Assembly: GCA_047495785.1 (NCBI GenBank)
Contig: JBLDXI010000049.1
Location: 1 to 64,000, forward strand
DNA: 64,000 bases
DNA from: Lepidodermella squamata
Taxonomy: Eukaryota > Animalia > Gastrotricha
Direction of reading: 5' to 3'
Below are positions 24,444-36,266 of this stretch, piece by piece. The notes beneath the pieces are model-generated. The model saw nothing but the letters and a program-made list of their open reading frames with translations, made no database searches and was not told the origin of the DNA. The position numbers and the translations under genes are program-made. Numbering within the stretch: the stretch's first letter is position 1; each line of letters begins with the position of its first letter.

Positions 24444-26806
24444 AGAGGCGTTAAAATCACAACTGACCTATAGCTACGCGAGATAAAACTACGAAAACAG
24501 CGCAAAATATTTGGTATAGCGATGAATATTTATATTTGCGAGTGATGCGCCATGGCACTAGCCGACGAGATTAAAAAGCGTCGAGTAGGCGGCGGTGCGC
24601 GCGTCGGCTGGTGGTCGGTGGTGGTGGTGGTGCGGATGACGAAAAAAGCGCCGTACTCTTGTTATTATTAATGTTTGGCGAAATTGCGCACAATTTCTTG
24701 ATTAATCCACCGCAATAAAAAAGTGCGCGCGATTTATTACCTGTGAGCGCGCGCAATAAAAAAAAAGCGCCGAAGAAGCGACCGGAAAAAACAATGAGTC
24801 AGTTTCATATTATCAGAAAGTATTGCGGACAAAAAGTCAAGAGAAAAATGATACCGGTAAGACTTCGGTCCCCCTTCATTCTTGACTTGCCTAAATGAAG
24901 TGCTAAATGATGCCTAATGGATTTAAATTCTTTGAAAAAACATAGAGAACGTATGATCAAGATACTTTTTTTTACTATTAAAATAGTTGCACCCTGCAGA
25001 CAGGCGGTTCGTAATTTTCATCGCCACCAGCTATTGGTGTCTGTTATTCCTATTTTAGAAGAAATGCTCAACTATTGTCACCTCGCAAATATGGAAAGTG
25101 GGAGACCACATTGTTTGTGAGCTCTCGCGATACTGATGATGTGTTGATGGTTGCCGTGCATCACAAGTGGGAGGACCCTCTAAAACGTTCGCGTCGCTTC
25201 CCCTCACACCTCACGCGGAACCCCGCAGCCCGCAGTCTCTATCGCGAAATTTCGCGTATTTATTATTCCCGATATTTACCTCGATTTTCGAATTTTGTTT
25301 GAAATTCTCAAAATGTCTGCGTCTTAGCTGCAATTATGCAAACATGCGTAATAAGTGTAATAAATTTTTCATTGCGAAAAATCTCATACGTCCCAACTTT
25401 CATCTTTGGCTAGATGACAGCAATGAGGAAAAGTTCACAGGGTATGCGCCTCTTGTACGTTGGCAATATCGCGCGATGTTGCCGCAGTTGACCCACATTT
25501 TTAAGAATTTTTTGCACGCGCCAGATGAATATATTTTATTTTATTGGCAATAAAATACATATCTCTTGGCACTACGTCTAGGCATTAGGAAGATTCACCA
25601 GCTGATGGGAAGAGTTCGAATAAGGGGGCTGAAGGCGTGGCGGATTTGAAAAATTACAAAATTATTGGGTGATGACTCGTCTTATAGCCAAGCTTTTACG
25701 AAACATTTCTTATACTACCCTCAAGATAGGGGCGGTAGCAATCATATAATTAGATTTAAATCATGAAAGTACGCTAAAAAAAACGTGGAATTCAAGAAGA
25801 GACAATTTTAATTTTGAAAATTGTTGGCACGTGCGATGAAACTTGACATCATAGGAGACATGGCGATTATGGTGAATTTGATTTATTTTAGGTAAAATTA
25901 ATCTGAGTAGGAGCACCGCCTACGTTCAAGGTTATACGCGATTTTATTTAATTTAAGAAAAATCCTGGGGATAACAACTCATATTGGACGTAAGAACGAA
26001 GGAAAGTTGGGAAAAGTCTCGTCGTTACGCTCGAACACTCGGTACCAAAATGTTTAAAATTGTCGAAAAATTGGGAAAAAATTCGCAATGTTCAGAATTA
26101 AGGCGGGTTTTAATTCATGAAAAACATCGATTTCCAAAGTTTTGGCACTATATTCGAAATTTCGCCTGCGTGCAATAAATAAAGGATGACTGTAGTCGCT
26201 AATCACAAAAATCATCGCATGATAAATAATTTATTGTAAATTTGAGATGATTCACAAAAAATGTGAAATTATTACTCCTCAGTTGTTTTGAAAAAAAATC
26301 GTCGGCGTTTAGCTTGAGGCGCTACTTACAGGCTTTATACATAAGGCTACGGACATTTCTTAATTATGAGATCGTAAAACCTAGATTAATCTGTGTCACA
26401 TGAATCCGGTTTACGGAAAGTCGGGGCACGTAACATTTTACTAGCGACTTGGAACCGCTAACGGAAATTGTTAGAAAACAGCCTGAATTTCCCGTTGATT
26501 CGGATTTCCCGGCAGGAGTTTCGCTGCACCGCAGATGGAGGGCGTTTCACTGAATTAAAAAAAATTAGCCAGTTGACTGATAAATTTCATTAACAAAAAT
26601 TTAATATTAAATTGTATGATCTTAGTTTATAGAAGAGTACCGAGACCTTGTCGTCTTCAAAGCGAACATTAATAAAAAGCAAGTGACGCAGATCTACGTC
26701 ACATGGCCCAAGGGCTTAGAGGGTATTTTCATCCGGCACTTTTGAAAAATAACTGTTACTTAGCAAAGTCAATACTAATAATCGAGTTTATTTTAAAAAC
26801 AGTATA

Positions 26807-26986
26807 CAGGGTGGCCGAAAAATTCCGCAAAGCGGGAATTCGTTGCGCATCAATTTAATGAGGAGTTTTAAGAAGTCGAAGAATTTCAAGCATTCTTTTG
26901 CCAATGGAACTCCTAAATTTCTTGAAAATCCTCATTAAAATGATGCGCATCGAATTCCCGCTTTGTGGAATTTTTTGGCCACCCTG
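26807..26986. mobile_element. Tc1/mariner-type MITE with TA target-site duplication
   Basis: TA|CAGGGTGGCCGAAAAATTCCGCAAAGCGGGAATTCG ... CGAATTCCCGCTTTGTGGAATTTTTTGGCCACCCTG|TA. Confidence 0.9.
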
Positions 26987-27718
26987 TAGGTTCAATTTAG
27001 CTGCTTCGAATCTATATAATAGGGCATCCAACAACAAAGCAAAACCAATGCTACGCGATAAGCTAAAAATTGAAGAAATCACGATTTTTTTCAAATTCGC
27101 GTGCTCTTTTTTTGGATTTTTTTGCCGGTGACAGACACTTTTGAGTCACGAAGAAAATCGGAGGACTGGAAAATCCATAATTTTTTAATTAGCTCATATA
27201 TTCAGAACAGTGTTTACTATGTGAAATTTCAACTTGTGTCCTATGGGAATCAGATGACAGGATTCAGACTCCAGACTAATAGAGATCCAGAATATTAAGA
27301 TACAAGGCATTTTTGGACCATAGTCGAGCTATAGATCACTCTTAATTGGAAGCATCTAATTTTTGCTCAACATCCCCAACTGAATTTTAGTACGGTGTCT
27401 TACGCGGCATGATTATAATAGGACACTACTGTGTCATACAAGTCAGAAGGTTTGGGAACGAATGCATCTGTTGAAAAGTGTAATCGTGAGAGAAAAAAAC
27501 AATTTTGCGCCTATCAATCAGGTTTCAAACCTTCATCCGACTAAAATCTGTGATGTAAAAAGGTTGCGCAACTCATGGGTCATGGGGCACGCTTCAGATT
27601 CGGCTAAAAATCAACACTTTCAGTTGACTCTATCTCAGCTGAATTGAGGCGTTCTCTGGAAAATGAACATTCAACCGGTTGAGCTTTATTTCTAATATAG
27701 CGAATAGCTTTATTGAAA

Positions 27719-28117
27719 TCAAAGTTTTCGGTTTAAAATGTCCTGCTGCCTGTCTAATTTCAATTTGTGCTGAATCTTTAATTTGACGATGTCATTATTC
27801 AGAAGCCTGTTCCTACCAATGATGGCTCCCGGAACTGGCCTCGGATCTTGGATAACTGCGATCGGTTGATTGTTGATAGTACCATTAGTAGTGATAGTCG
27901 AATTGTTAGAATTTTCGAGAAATTTTGTGAATTTCGCCCGATTGCGCCACCAAGGATACATCACAACTTGCGTTATATACCTCCTTTTCCTGAAAAATTA
28001 TAAAAAATTGTAATTTATAGGTTTGTTTACAGAAAAAACTTACTCGATTTGATGCGACGGCTCGCAAAATATTGACGAGGCGATTAAGAAGAGCAAACAA
28101 ATCGTATGAATTTTCAT
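27719..28117 (-). CDS. Secreted prepropeptide, YITQxVMYPW family member A1; exons 28117-28044, 27989-27719
   Basis: MKIHTICLLFLIASSIFCEPSHQIE|KRRYITQVVMYPWWRNRAKF...; phase-2 intron. Confidence 0.8.
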
Positions 28118-28180
28118 TTTTTAAATATATCTACAAAATTATAAATCAAATTTTTAATTTTTGTCAAAACTGTTACTTTA

Positions 28181-28687
28181 TTATATTTTTTGCAGCTGTT
28201 TAATTTTAAGCAATTCAAACGCCCGAAGAAGAGCTGCTTTACTTTTGAGCCCTGTCTTGGCTACATTTTCAGCCGAGTTGTTCGGCCGAAGTAAGTTCAG
28301 CTTTACAGCGATTTTCCGAGGCTTGCCTCCACTGATCGATTGCACGAATTGGCTAGCATCGCCGGTTTTGGCTAGACTCGACAGATCCACGGCTTGATCG
28401 CTCGACCAGCGATGTGGAACCGCCCGGTATTTCCTCTTCCTTAAAATTCAAATGCTATTCATTTCAAAAATGTTGAGAAAAATCACTTACTCCAAGGCTA
28501 AACTTTCGCCCGAATAATCAGCGCTGAAATCGTTATTACTATGCTGGAAATTATTTTCGCCCGGTTTCACGATGCCATAATTTGAATATGCATAGTTATT
28601 CGGCCGAAATATATTTCCAAGACCGGCAGTCTTCAAAAAGCCGGCGCTTGGCTCGACTAAAGTGAAAATCAATATAAATGCCAGCAT
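28181..28687 (-). CDS. Secreted prepropeptide, VPHRW family member B1; exons 28687-28491, 28439-28181
   Basis: MLAFILIFTLVEPSAG...SLALE|KRKYRAVPHRWSSDQAVDL...LNLLRP; phase-2 intron. Confidence 0.85.
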
Positions 28688-28939
28688 CACTTTGATTTCT
28701 CGAAAAAACTGAAAAGCTGAAATTTTGTTTGTCGCCGGTCAGCCTGAAGCTAGGGCGTTTTTATAGGCGGATGACACTAATAGGTGCACCGTATTTTTTG
28801 CGATTAAATTATCATGATGATGTGACCTGGAAATTTTTCTCCCTCTGTGTGTGATTTTAATCGATAAAAAAAGCAGTTGTTTATAGGTCCGGGCAATTTT
28901 TACTACAACAGATATCATCAACATAAGATTTTAGACAGG

Positions 28940-29306
28940 TCAACTATGATGATTAATAATATTTTTTTTCATCGGCCGCTTTTTCGCTAAAACGATAGAT
29001 TGCTGGAAGGTGCTGGGCGAACCGACGCGTAGGCGGCCTTGTACCAAAGAAGCTCCTTTATTTTTCATCACCAGCTGGCTTAAATTAGCCTGAAATTTCG
29101 ACGACTCGGGTTGATCACCGGCGCCTCGCCACGGATACATTACAGCTTGAGTAATATAACGCCGTTTTCTATAATAATTATATAATTTTTTCAGATTTCC
29201 CGAAATTTTTCAAAATTTCTCACACAAAAGTTGGAATATGCGCCGACGAGTCGATGACCATTGCCGAGGCGAGAAAAGCAAAACAAAAATATTTGATCAA
29301 ATCCAT
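28940..29306 (-). CDS. Secreted prepropeptide, YITQxVMYPW family member A2; exons 29306-29224, 29168-28940
   Basis: MDLIKYFCFAFLASAMVIDSSAHIPTFV|KRRYITQAVMYPWRGAG...; phase-2 intron. Confidence 0.8.
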
Positions 29307-29359
29307 CGGTTAATTTTAAAATTATTCTAAAAATAAATCATAAAACGTAAATTATTTTT

Positions 29360-29983
29360 TTATTTGACTCGAACACTTGGAAAATATTGTCCCTTATTAG
29401 TGCGTGATGGATAGCGGCTATTCGGAGCTACCCAAATGGTTCTAGCCGAGTTCCGAGGACGAAGCAAGTTCAAGTCAGATTTCTCCTTCTGATTTATCCG
29501 ATGCTTCAAGCCGCCGCTGGGTGAAGCCGGGCGCTGCGAGGCATGCGAACCCAAAAATCGGTTTGAATTGCTTTTCTTGTTGTAATTGGCCAGGTCCATG
29601 CCTTGATCGCTCATCCAACGATGCGGGACATATTTTCGCTTCCTTAAATTTTCTTTCGAAGATCAATATATTGAAAAATTTACCTCATAATACGGTCTCC
29701 GGCCGGGACCGGTTTACTATGAAATAACAAGATTTCGGAATTTTTCGAGCATTATTTTCCAGATATTATCTTACTAGAACTGAGCGAATTCATTGCTGTG
29801 GAAATGCTCGTTAGATTCCTCACCCACCATTGATTGGAAGCTATTTTCACCCGGTTTAACGATGCCATAATTCGAGAATAAATATTTATTCGGGCCGAAT
29901 ATACTGTTAAAATTGCCGGCCTGCAAAAAACCGGCACTTTGCCCGGCTAAAGCGATTAACAATAAAATAGTAATTACGCTCAT
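29360..29983 (-). CDS. Secreted prepropeptide, VPHRW family member B2; exons 29983-29775, 29716-29684, 29642-29360
   Basis: MSVITILLLIALAGQSAG...FAQFY|KPVPAGDRIMR|KRKYVPHRWMSDQGMDL...LNLLRP; two phase-2 introns. Confidence 0.8.
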
Positions 29984-30822
29984 ATTCGACGCTTTTTTTA
30001 CAATGGCCAATACAATATTTAGAGGTCATAATTGAGATAATAATTAAAATGATTAATTTTTGAAAATAATTTCCCACGGGGATGATAGTTTGCATTTTAT
30101 TACCCTAGTGTATTCGACGCGACGCAATTTCACGCATTTCAGGTCAGTAAAGCCCGCGATATAATATAATATTGAGTGCTGAAAAATCGTGACTATTTTT
30201 CAGAGAGATAATTAGTGCACAATTATTTAATTGACCAGTTGACGGAACGTGGGCTTGCAAAAAATCATATTTGACATTTCGGAGGAAGCGTATATCAATA
30301 ATGGGAATAAATATCGTCTCATTAGTTGTTGTTTTAATATAAATTTCATCTACCTGGGATCGCCTATGTAAATTGTCCGCGCTATTTGTCCGCATTGCGT
30401 ATTTTCCCCTTGCCAAAACTGTTACGCCCGGCCGGTCCGGTGGCACTTGAAAAGTTTCACTGAATCACATCCGGTTGGGATAGCACGCTATTTGCTATTT
30501 TTAAAACCGCAGCCACTTTTTGCCGGATATTTTGCGACGCTTGATGACCTCATTAAATTTATGAATCACAAAAAAAATTGGAATAAAAATTGCGTGGAGG
30601 GCAGTGAAAAAATTTCCCACCAATGCGGACTTTTCTTATAATTCAGACCAATTTCAGCGGCTCGAACGGTTTTATCAGGTTGAACACCAGACTTCAACCA
30701 GGCTGTTGTCAATTTCGATAGATTATCAACATTAGGGTTCTGAAAAATTGAATTCAAAGAAAAAATATGCGAATTTTAAAAGAAAACGCTCAGCAATTAT
30801 TTGCTATTTTTTCGTCGGTTTA

Positions 30823-31325
30823 TTACATTTTACGTGGTTGCCTAATTCTAAGCAGTTCGAATGCTCTAAGAACCGCTTTATTTTTACACGGCGTATTACG
30901 TCCTGTTGTAGCTACGTTTTCAACCGAGTTCTTCGGTCGAAGTAAGTTCAGCATAACAGGTACTCCTATTCTTCGAGGATTGCCACCATTGCTGGTTGAA
31001 GATGATATCGAATGCACGAATTGGTTCGCATCGCCGGACTTGGCTTGCCTCGACAGATCAACCGCTTGATCGCTAGACCAGCGATGCGGAACCGCTCGAT
31101 ATTTTCTTTTCCTTAAAAATCAAATGCGATTAATTTCTGAAAAATTTCGAGGAAAATCACTTACTTTAAGACATAGCTTTCGGGCGACTGATCAACGCTG
31201 GGTTGGAATTCTATGAGAAAACTTTCACCCGATTTAATGATGTCGTAACTGCCAGGAAAATCGCCAGTCTTTGAAAGACCGGCGCTTCGCTCGGCAAAAG
31301 CGAAGATTAAAATGAACGCTAGCAT
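30823..31325 (-). CDS. Secreted prepropeptide, VPHRW family member B3; exons 31325-31165, 31111-30823
   Basis: MLAFILIFAFAERSAG...SYVLK|KRKYRAVPHRWSSDQAVDL; phase-2 intron. Confidence 0.85.
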
Positions 31326-31954
31326 AATTTTGATTTCTCGAAATACCAAGCTGAACATATTTCAGGATCGTTGACGGCGGTCAGCGAGGCCGGGCGTTTA
31401 TATCGGCTAGCAGCGGATGACACTCATAAGTGCACAAATACTTTGCTGCAAAATTGAGTGCAAAAAAAATTAATTAAAACCGATGCTATTTTAAATTAAT
31501 GCATATTTAATTAATTGACCAGTTGAGGGGAGGTGGGTTATTGGACGAAATTATGTTTTACATTTGGTAAAAGCGTAGGAATAATAATGTTTTTTTCTGT
31601 TTAAATGCCTTGCCACTGTAAAAAGAAACATGCTTTTTGACCCGTTTTATAGGTATTCCCTCGATATTATGGTGGCATAATAAATGATTTGCATTGTAAT
31701 TTAATTAAGGTAACCCGTCACCTGAACGGGGTCATAGTCTCATGCCTTTGTAAACAGATAATAAGCGCGATAATTAGCATCATAATTGATACAAAATCAA
31801 ACTGTTGCTATGGTGGGGATGATTAACTATCTCGGTAGGAATCTTCAAGAAACGATAAAAACAAGTTGATTAGAGAAATAACCGCTTCGGAGACACCCGC
31901 TTTTAACGCAAGTGAGCGCGCGCGAGGCCGTTCGTAGTTCCGTCATGTTGAACT

Positions 31955-32170
31955 TCCTTACTAAGGGTGCCTTAGTAAGCAATCGGGACGTTCATCCTTG
32001 CTACGCTTAGTAAGGATTGCCCATACTTACTGCCGCCGCATGCTTACTAAGGAAACCCTTACTAAGGATAGCCTTTACTTCATTAAGGTGACCCTTACTA
32101 AGGGTAGCTTACTAAAGAAGCCCTTACTAAGGATAGCTGGCTTAGTAAGGAGACCATTACTAAGGATGAA
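31955..32170. repeat. Minisatellite/foldback array of CTTACTAAGG in both orientations
   Basis: About 10 degenerate copies of (C)CTTACTAAGG or CTTAGTAAG with short variable spacers. Confidence 0.8.
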
Positions 32171-32186
32171 GGAGAGTTAAGCAATA

Positions 32187-33205
32187 TCATTCGCGCGCGC
32201 GTTCGATCGATTTGCGTCGACAGAGAATTGAGCGATCCATATGCTCGCAATTGAGCTGTTCCAACGTTGGCAACTCGACCAGTGTCGCTTCGCAACAGTT
32301 CAGAAAAGATTCAGGTTTCGAAGTGATTTCAAACCTGTCCGTCCTATGAAGTCCCCAGGGCCTGCCGCTCAGATCAAGGCTCAAAGCTTCTTCGGCCGAG
32401 TGTTCGGGTAACAATTCTTGACGTAGTGATCATTGGCCGTTAGCGATCTATAGACCGCATTGAACCTGGTCATGGGACGCATCCTACCTGCTCAGGTATA
32501 AGCCTCTTTACCTGTTTTTTTCGATCCACACCTGTCCAGGTGATGCCGATGGAAAAATAAAAGGCACCATCGCAATCAGCGCCATTTGTTACGTTATATA
32601 ACAAATCTTCACAGCTGTCAGATATAACAAATGGGGTCCCAAATCCATGCACCCTTTTTACATGGTAAAAACTGAAATTAGCAGCAAAAGTTGGCAGCAC
32701 GCCAACGGAAGGTGATGCAAATGTAATTTTTGTTTCTATCAACTAGCATTGGTCCATAACAAATAATGAGACTTCTCGGAGTATTGGAAGTTAGTGCTGA
32801 TGAAAACCCGCTGCTAGGTTCCGTTAGGTATCTATAGCTGCCATTGTCCATTTTCCATGCAAGTAACCCTTGTTTTCAGTAACATGTTTGGGTTTCGGAT
32901 AAAATAAGACATTGATCAGATTGGCCAGCCACGCCTTTATTTTCGATAACAACTTTATCTATCTTTATCAAGTCTTGTAATGCTTTGGCGAATATTGACT
33001 CATCCAATTGAGAGTGATTGTTTGATACCAACATTGTGAATCGTTCGTGGCGCGGAAGAAACAGCACTTCAAGTGCTAATGATAGGATATTTTTTTGCTT
33101 GAAGTGCTGCGGTTCTTCCGCGCCACGAACGTGATGATATTCGTAAAATTCAATTTTACATGAAAATTCTGGAGATGAACCCCAACATAACGACGATGCA
33201 TCCAT
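32187..33205 (-). pseudogene. Possible decayed coding sequence of unknown family
   Basis: Successive protein-like ORF fragments (32876-33205, 32470-32742, 32187-32414) broken by stops and frameshifts, with no clear splice sites. Confidence 0.3.
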
Positions 33206-33926
33206 TTATGTATTTGGCGATGTTTACGAACACACGTGTTCCTGCCTTGGGCCTATAGTGGGCCCCAAGGCCTACCATGGGCCCAAGGACTTTTGACTGG
33301 GACGTATCGAATATCGCTCTGCACCTTCGCCTGTACTTTGCGTGTCGTGGTTGCGCGCTTTTAATTTAGCTGGACATTTTTTTGAACTCATGCTATAAAC
33401 CGCGGACTTTTATTTATCCTAGACATTGCGAAACGTACGAGAGATGAAATATTACCTTTGATTGGCTGGCGACATGCGTAGATCAGATTATCAGCGTGAA
33501 AAGCCTAGAACGGTCATTTGCACTATCTACATCGTAGTAGACACGAGGTCGAAGTGCTGGTATTAATGATGGTCGATTTGGGCTGACAATTCAGTAAAGT
33601 AAGCCTGTATAATTGAGCATTTATCAGTGGCAATGGATCGATAATATGCGCGTTCTAGTTGCTGAGCTGTCGGGGATCTACGTTAATGGGACGTCTGGCT
33701 AGCTGTCGCGGTGCTAAAAACAGCGGTACAACTAGTATTTATTTATAGACATAATCCCGTACACCGTACAGGTGTACTTATTTCAAAGTGTTATGAAATT
33801 TTACACTTCGGCGACTGCATGCACAAAGAGGAAGTTTAACAAAATTCGTCCAAAATTATTTGGATATAAAAACAGCACTTCCCAGATCATTTTTGGTAGC
33901 ATTTCTTCTCTCTCAGTCGAAAAAGA

Positions 33927-35264
33927 ATGTCCTCAGAAACAGTTTGCAAGGTGTGCTATTCACGTGTTCCGCGGCGTAATAATTACCAACCAACATGCTG
34001 CGAAGCTTGCCAAAAGTTTTTCAGGAGGAACTGCCATCGTTATCAGCAACTTCACTGCAGACACCCGTCCAGCCGTCTCGGTATCTTCGGCCTACCCACT
34101 AAACAACGAGTTTACGTTTCACGTAAAATGTGCGGTAAATGCCGATTCGACCGCTGCGTAGCCGCGGGCATGCAAAGTTTGACTCAATTTAGTGCACAGG
34201 GTGAATAACCAATGTGTTCCATTTCTATAGGTAAATTTCTTCCGGACCATTGCGAAGAAAGTCCAGAGCCATTTAAGGAGGAAGAGGCCAAATCAGAACC
34301 TGCTGGTCCAGTCGTATCACCTCCCATTACCCCGGGAACGATTGCCACCAGCCCATTGAGTAAGCTTCTTCGCAAATCCATCCAAGCATACACGCTTCTA
34401 CACGGTCTTGAATTCGTAAGTATAGTAGCCATCCGTCCTTCGCGTTTGTCTCAAAAGTATACCCGCCCAGGTTCCGTTGAAAGACTCCTCCATCAAGCAA
34501 CCGTCGGAATTTTTCGAGCGGATCCTAAGCCAGGTTGTTTACGCTGTTGACCATTTAAAGGCCTACAACTCGTACTTCCTCAGTGAGTTTTAATTCAGCC
34601 CTATTACATTCAACTGATTAAGGTTATGGTTGTATTTCAGGTTCCGATGTCGGGCTGTCTGAGGAGGATTTGATTCAAATACAAGCATCATCCACAATTC
34701 ACATGTCTGCAGTTTTCCACAATCTGCCCGGCGGAAGTGGGCCGTCTTGGTTCGGTATGTCGGACTCTTTGATCCCTCTTATGGACCGAGTTTACCCTCA
34801 ACTATCGGTAAGTCATTCCTTACTAACAATGAACGTTTACTTACAAAATATAACCAGGCTGTGAAAGAAAACGTAAAGCGTTTAAAGGATGAAATCGATG
34901 CACTGTCACCGTCTTTTATCGAAGCTGCACTACTGCTTAGCATCGTCATTTTTCACGGTAAGTCTTTACTATATTGAGTCTTCTTCAATTGGCATTTTGT
35001 CTGGCAGATACCACAGGGAAAAACGATCGTTTGAGAAGCTTACGGCGGAAGTTACTTGCGACTCTCAAGTTATCAATGATGACCACTCTGGGAGGTAATA
35101 AAAGCTTGGTAGCCGTTCGGCTTCACAAATTCAACGACTGCGTGAGAGCGACGTATAATTTGCAGAATAGTGCTCTGGAACAGCTCGCCGGAACGAAAGA
35201 CTCGTCGAAAGGATTTGCATTTTTCGAGAAGACGCTCAACTTCAGCCCAGACTTGCTTCGCTAA
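33927..35264 (+). CDS. Divergent nuclear hormone receptor; approximate exons 33927-34200, 34231-34415, 34471-34582, 34641-34807, 34858-34957, 35008-35264
   Basis: C4 DBD CKVC...CCEACQKFFRR...CGKCRFDRCVAAGM; LBD-like LSEEDLIQI and EAALLLSIVIF; phase-compatible introns of 30-60 nt. Confidence 0.85.
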
Positions 35265-35752
35265 CAATTAACTCGTCGAAGGGTCCCTTTTCCGAAACCG
35301 GCTTTACTTTTTAGAGACAGCAACACGTTTTGCGTGCTGAATCGAGGAATCAGTACATTCCCGTGTCTATTGTCTATTTCCATTAATTTGGCGTTCTTAA
35401 TAAAGTTTAACCATACGATAATGAAACGAGATTGATTTGCATGGAAAACTATCGTTAGATTCTGGGAAGGGAGAAGGGAGAGTACCCTGCGAGGTCTGAA
35501 ATTTGGAAATTTAAATTCGTCAAGAAAGAAAATCCAGAAATCTGAGAATCGTCCTTCTTCATGTCAACACCCGTTTTGCGATTAGCTGGAAAATACAGAA
35601 AATTCGCCAATTCCCACTCTTCACTTGCTAATGCTCAAATGTATCGATTTTCCCATATCTCCGATTGGCCTTAGCTATTTATTACATCGTCGTTCAGTGA
35701 TTTTGAAAGCGACGTCAGAATCTAAACATTACATTCAGCTTCATATGCAAAT

Positions 35753-36266
35753 TTATTCGATTTTTTGCGGCTGTTTAATTCTAAGCAGTTCAAATGCTCG
35801 ATGGAGAACTGCTTTACTTTTACACGGCGTATTCAGCCCTGTCGTCGCCACGTTTTCAACTGAGTTCTTCGGCCGAAGTAGGTTCAGCATTACAGGCAAT
35901 GCGATTTTCCGAGGCTTGCCACCGTTGCTGGTTGAAGATGATATCGAATGCACGAATAGGCTTGCATCGCCGGTTTTGGCTTGACTCGACAGATCCACAG
36001 CTTGATCGCTCGACCAGCGATGCGGAACCGCTCGATATTTTCTTTTCCTTGAAATTCAAATTCAAATTAATTTCCGAATAATTCGAGTATTAAATGACTT
36101 ACTCTAAGACATAGCTTTCGGGGAATAAATCGTTGAGACTATTTTCACCCCATTTCATGATGTCGTAATTTGAGTTTGAATTTTGATACTTATTCCGAAG
36201 AAATGTACTGCTTGAAATTCCGGCGCTCTGCTCGGCAAGAGCGAGGATCAAAAGAAATGCCAGCAT
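35753..36266 (-). CDS. Secreted prepropeptide, VPHRW family member B4; exons 36266-36103, 36047-35753
   Basis: MLAFLLILALAEQSAG...SYVLE|KRKYRAVPHRWSSDQAVDL; phase-2 intron; close paralog of B3, including the upstream flank. Confidence 0.85.

Noticed and set aside
31955-32170. CRISPR-like repeat-spacer pattern
   Set aside because: The repeats are ~10 bp, degenerate and in both orientations, spacers are irregular, there are no cas genes and the context is eukaryotic.
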